DNA of 42,510 nucleotides from Alphaproteobacteria bacterium. GTDB lineage: Bacteria; Pseudomonadota; Alphaproteobacteria; Micavibrionales; CSBR16-224. Position 1 is the stretch's first letter, and every line of letters begins with the position of its first letter. The stretch covers positions 1 to 42,510 of the forward strand of contig SBHI01000055.1 of assembly GCA_006226225.1 (NCBI GenBank), given 5' to 3'. Below are positions 41,977-42,510 of the stretch, piece after piece. Below the pieces are notes generated by a model. The model had not been told where the DNA came from. It worked only from the letters and a program-made list of their open reading frames with translations, and made no database searches. The position numbers and the translations under genes are program-made.

Positions 41977-42510
41977 CTACTGTGCCTGCGGAGGAGTTGA
42001 AAGTCCGAGCTGCTTCTTCAGTAATTCAAAGTCGATATGGGGAAAATCCCCCGGGCATTTCGCCTGTTCACGCAGGTAGTTTTCCGGCGTGTCAATCGCA
42101 CTTTGGCGTTCCCTGACGGCGACACGGAGTTTTTCGATCATGGGAATTGTGGCCTGCATGACTTGTTTTTGCAGTTCTTTCTGTTTGGCTTGTGCGGCTT
42201 GCAGTTTCATCGGGCCGAAACCCTGATAACCAAGGGAGCGCAGATAAAGCAGCATATCCGATTTGATGTGCGGGATATACTCCTGAATACTCTTGATATC
42301 AATGGCGACATGCTGCATTTCATGGGCGCGGACGACATCGAGATAGCATTTTTTGTCCAAAGCTTCTCTGGCGATAAAGACAGCAGGGTAGTAAGTGATG
42401 GCAAATGTGGCGTGGGAAAAATAGAGACAGATATTTCCTGCTTTATCACTTCTGGTCGTGAAATTCAGAAAAAATTTGTGACTGACCTGCCGGGCGGTCG
42501 TGCCGTGCAC
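41977..42510 (-). CDS. HExxH-motif protein, paralogue B (5' end outside the window)
   Basis: It has VVRAHEMQH and the same conserved blocks. Its stop codon (41977-41979) directly abuts the start codon of paralogue A (41974-41976). Confidence 0.45.
   Translation of the reverse strand: MHGTTARQVSHKFFLNFTTRSDKAGNICLYFSHATFAITYYPAVFIAREALDKKCYLDVVRAHEMQHVAIDIKSIQEYIPHIKSDMLLYLRSLGYQGFGPMKLQAAQAKQKELQKQVMQATIPMIEKLRVAVRERQSAIDTPENYLREQAKCPGDFPHIDFELLKKQLGLSTPPQAQ

Noticed and set aside
36217-42510. Calling the distal module a mobile genomic island or prophage remnant
   Set aside because: I found no integrase, transposase, tRNA anchor, flanking direct repeats or obvious compositional break. Horizontal origin therefore cannot be supported from this window.

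Overview
This looks like a chromosomal segment from a Gram-negative, proteobacterial-type facultative anaerobe, about 50% GC by eye. I saw no rRNA, tRNA, CRISPR array, transposase or integrase. There are three blocks. (1) 1-6004: a structured intergenic region, a small secreted Cys/His protein, a cusBA-type heavy-metal RND pump and a fatty-acid hydroxylase-family membrane protein. (2) 6081-35144: a large supercluster of genes for anaerobic growth. It holds nrdDG, an alginate-export-type porin, a VOC protein, ubiT-ubiU-ubiV (O2-independent ubiquinone synthesis) followed by an overlapping histidine decarboxylase gene, moeA, and a Crp/Fnr regulator with an unusual C-terminal Cys cluster. It continues with narK1-narK2-narGHJI plus a parvulin, nnrS, a Dnr-type regulator, moaA-moaC/moaB fusion-moaD-moaE-mobA-orphan-tauE, and a convergent moeB-rhodanese gene. 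This block is linked by at least six TTGAY-N4-RTCAA (FNR/Dnr-type) boxes in promoter regions and by a Moco riboswitch candidate in the moaA leader. (3) 35368-42510: poorly characterised genes. These are an M14-like peptidase, a signal-anchored protein with four exact 64-aa repeats (ankyrin-like by eye), and a membrane-anchored deacylase strikingly similar to eukaryotic class IV HDAC11. They are followed by a small ankyrin protein, a 471-aa HExxH protein, a PHD/P4H-type 2OG-Fe(II) oxygenase and two tandem HExxH paralogues, the last truncated by the window end. Block 3 is my best candidate for an undescribed system, either protein modification and processing or host interaction. The ubiTUV-hdc operon and the mobA-coupled orphan plus TauE permease are secondary candidates. 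All homology calls come from reading the translations by eye and memory. No database search was run.
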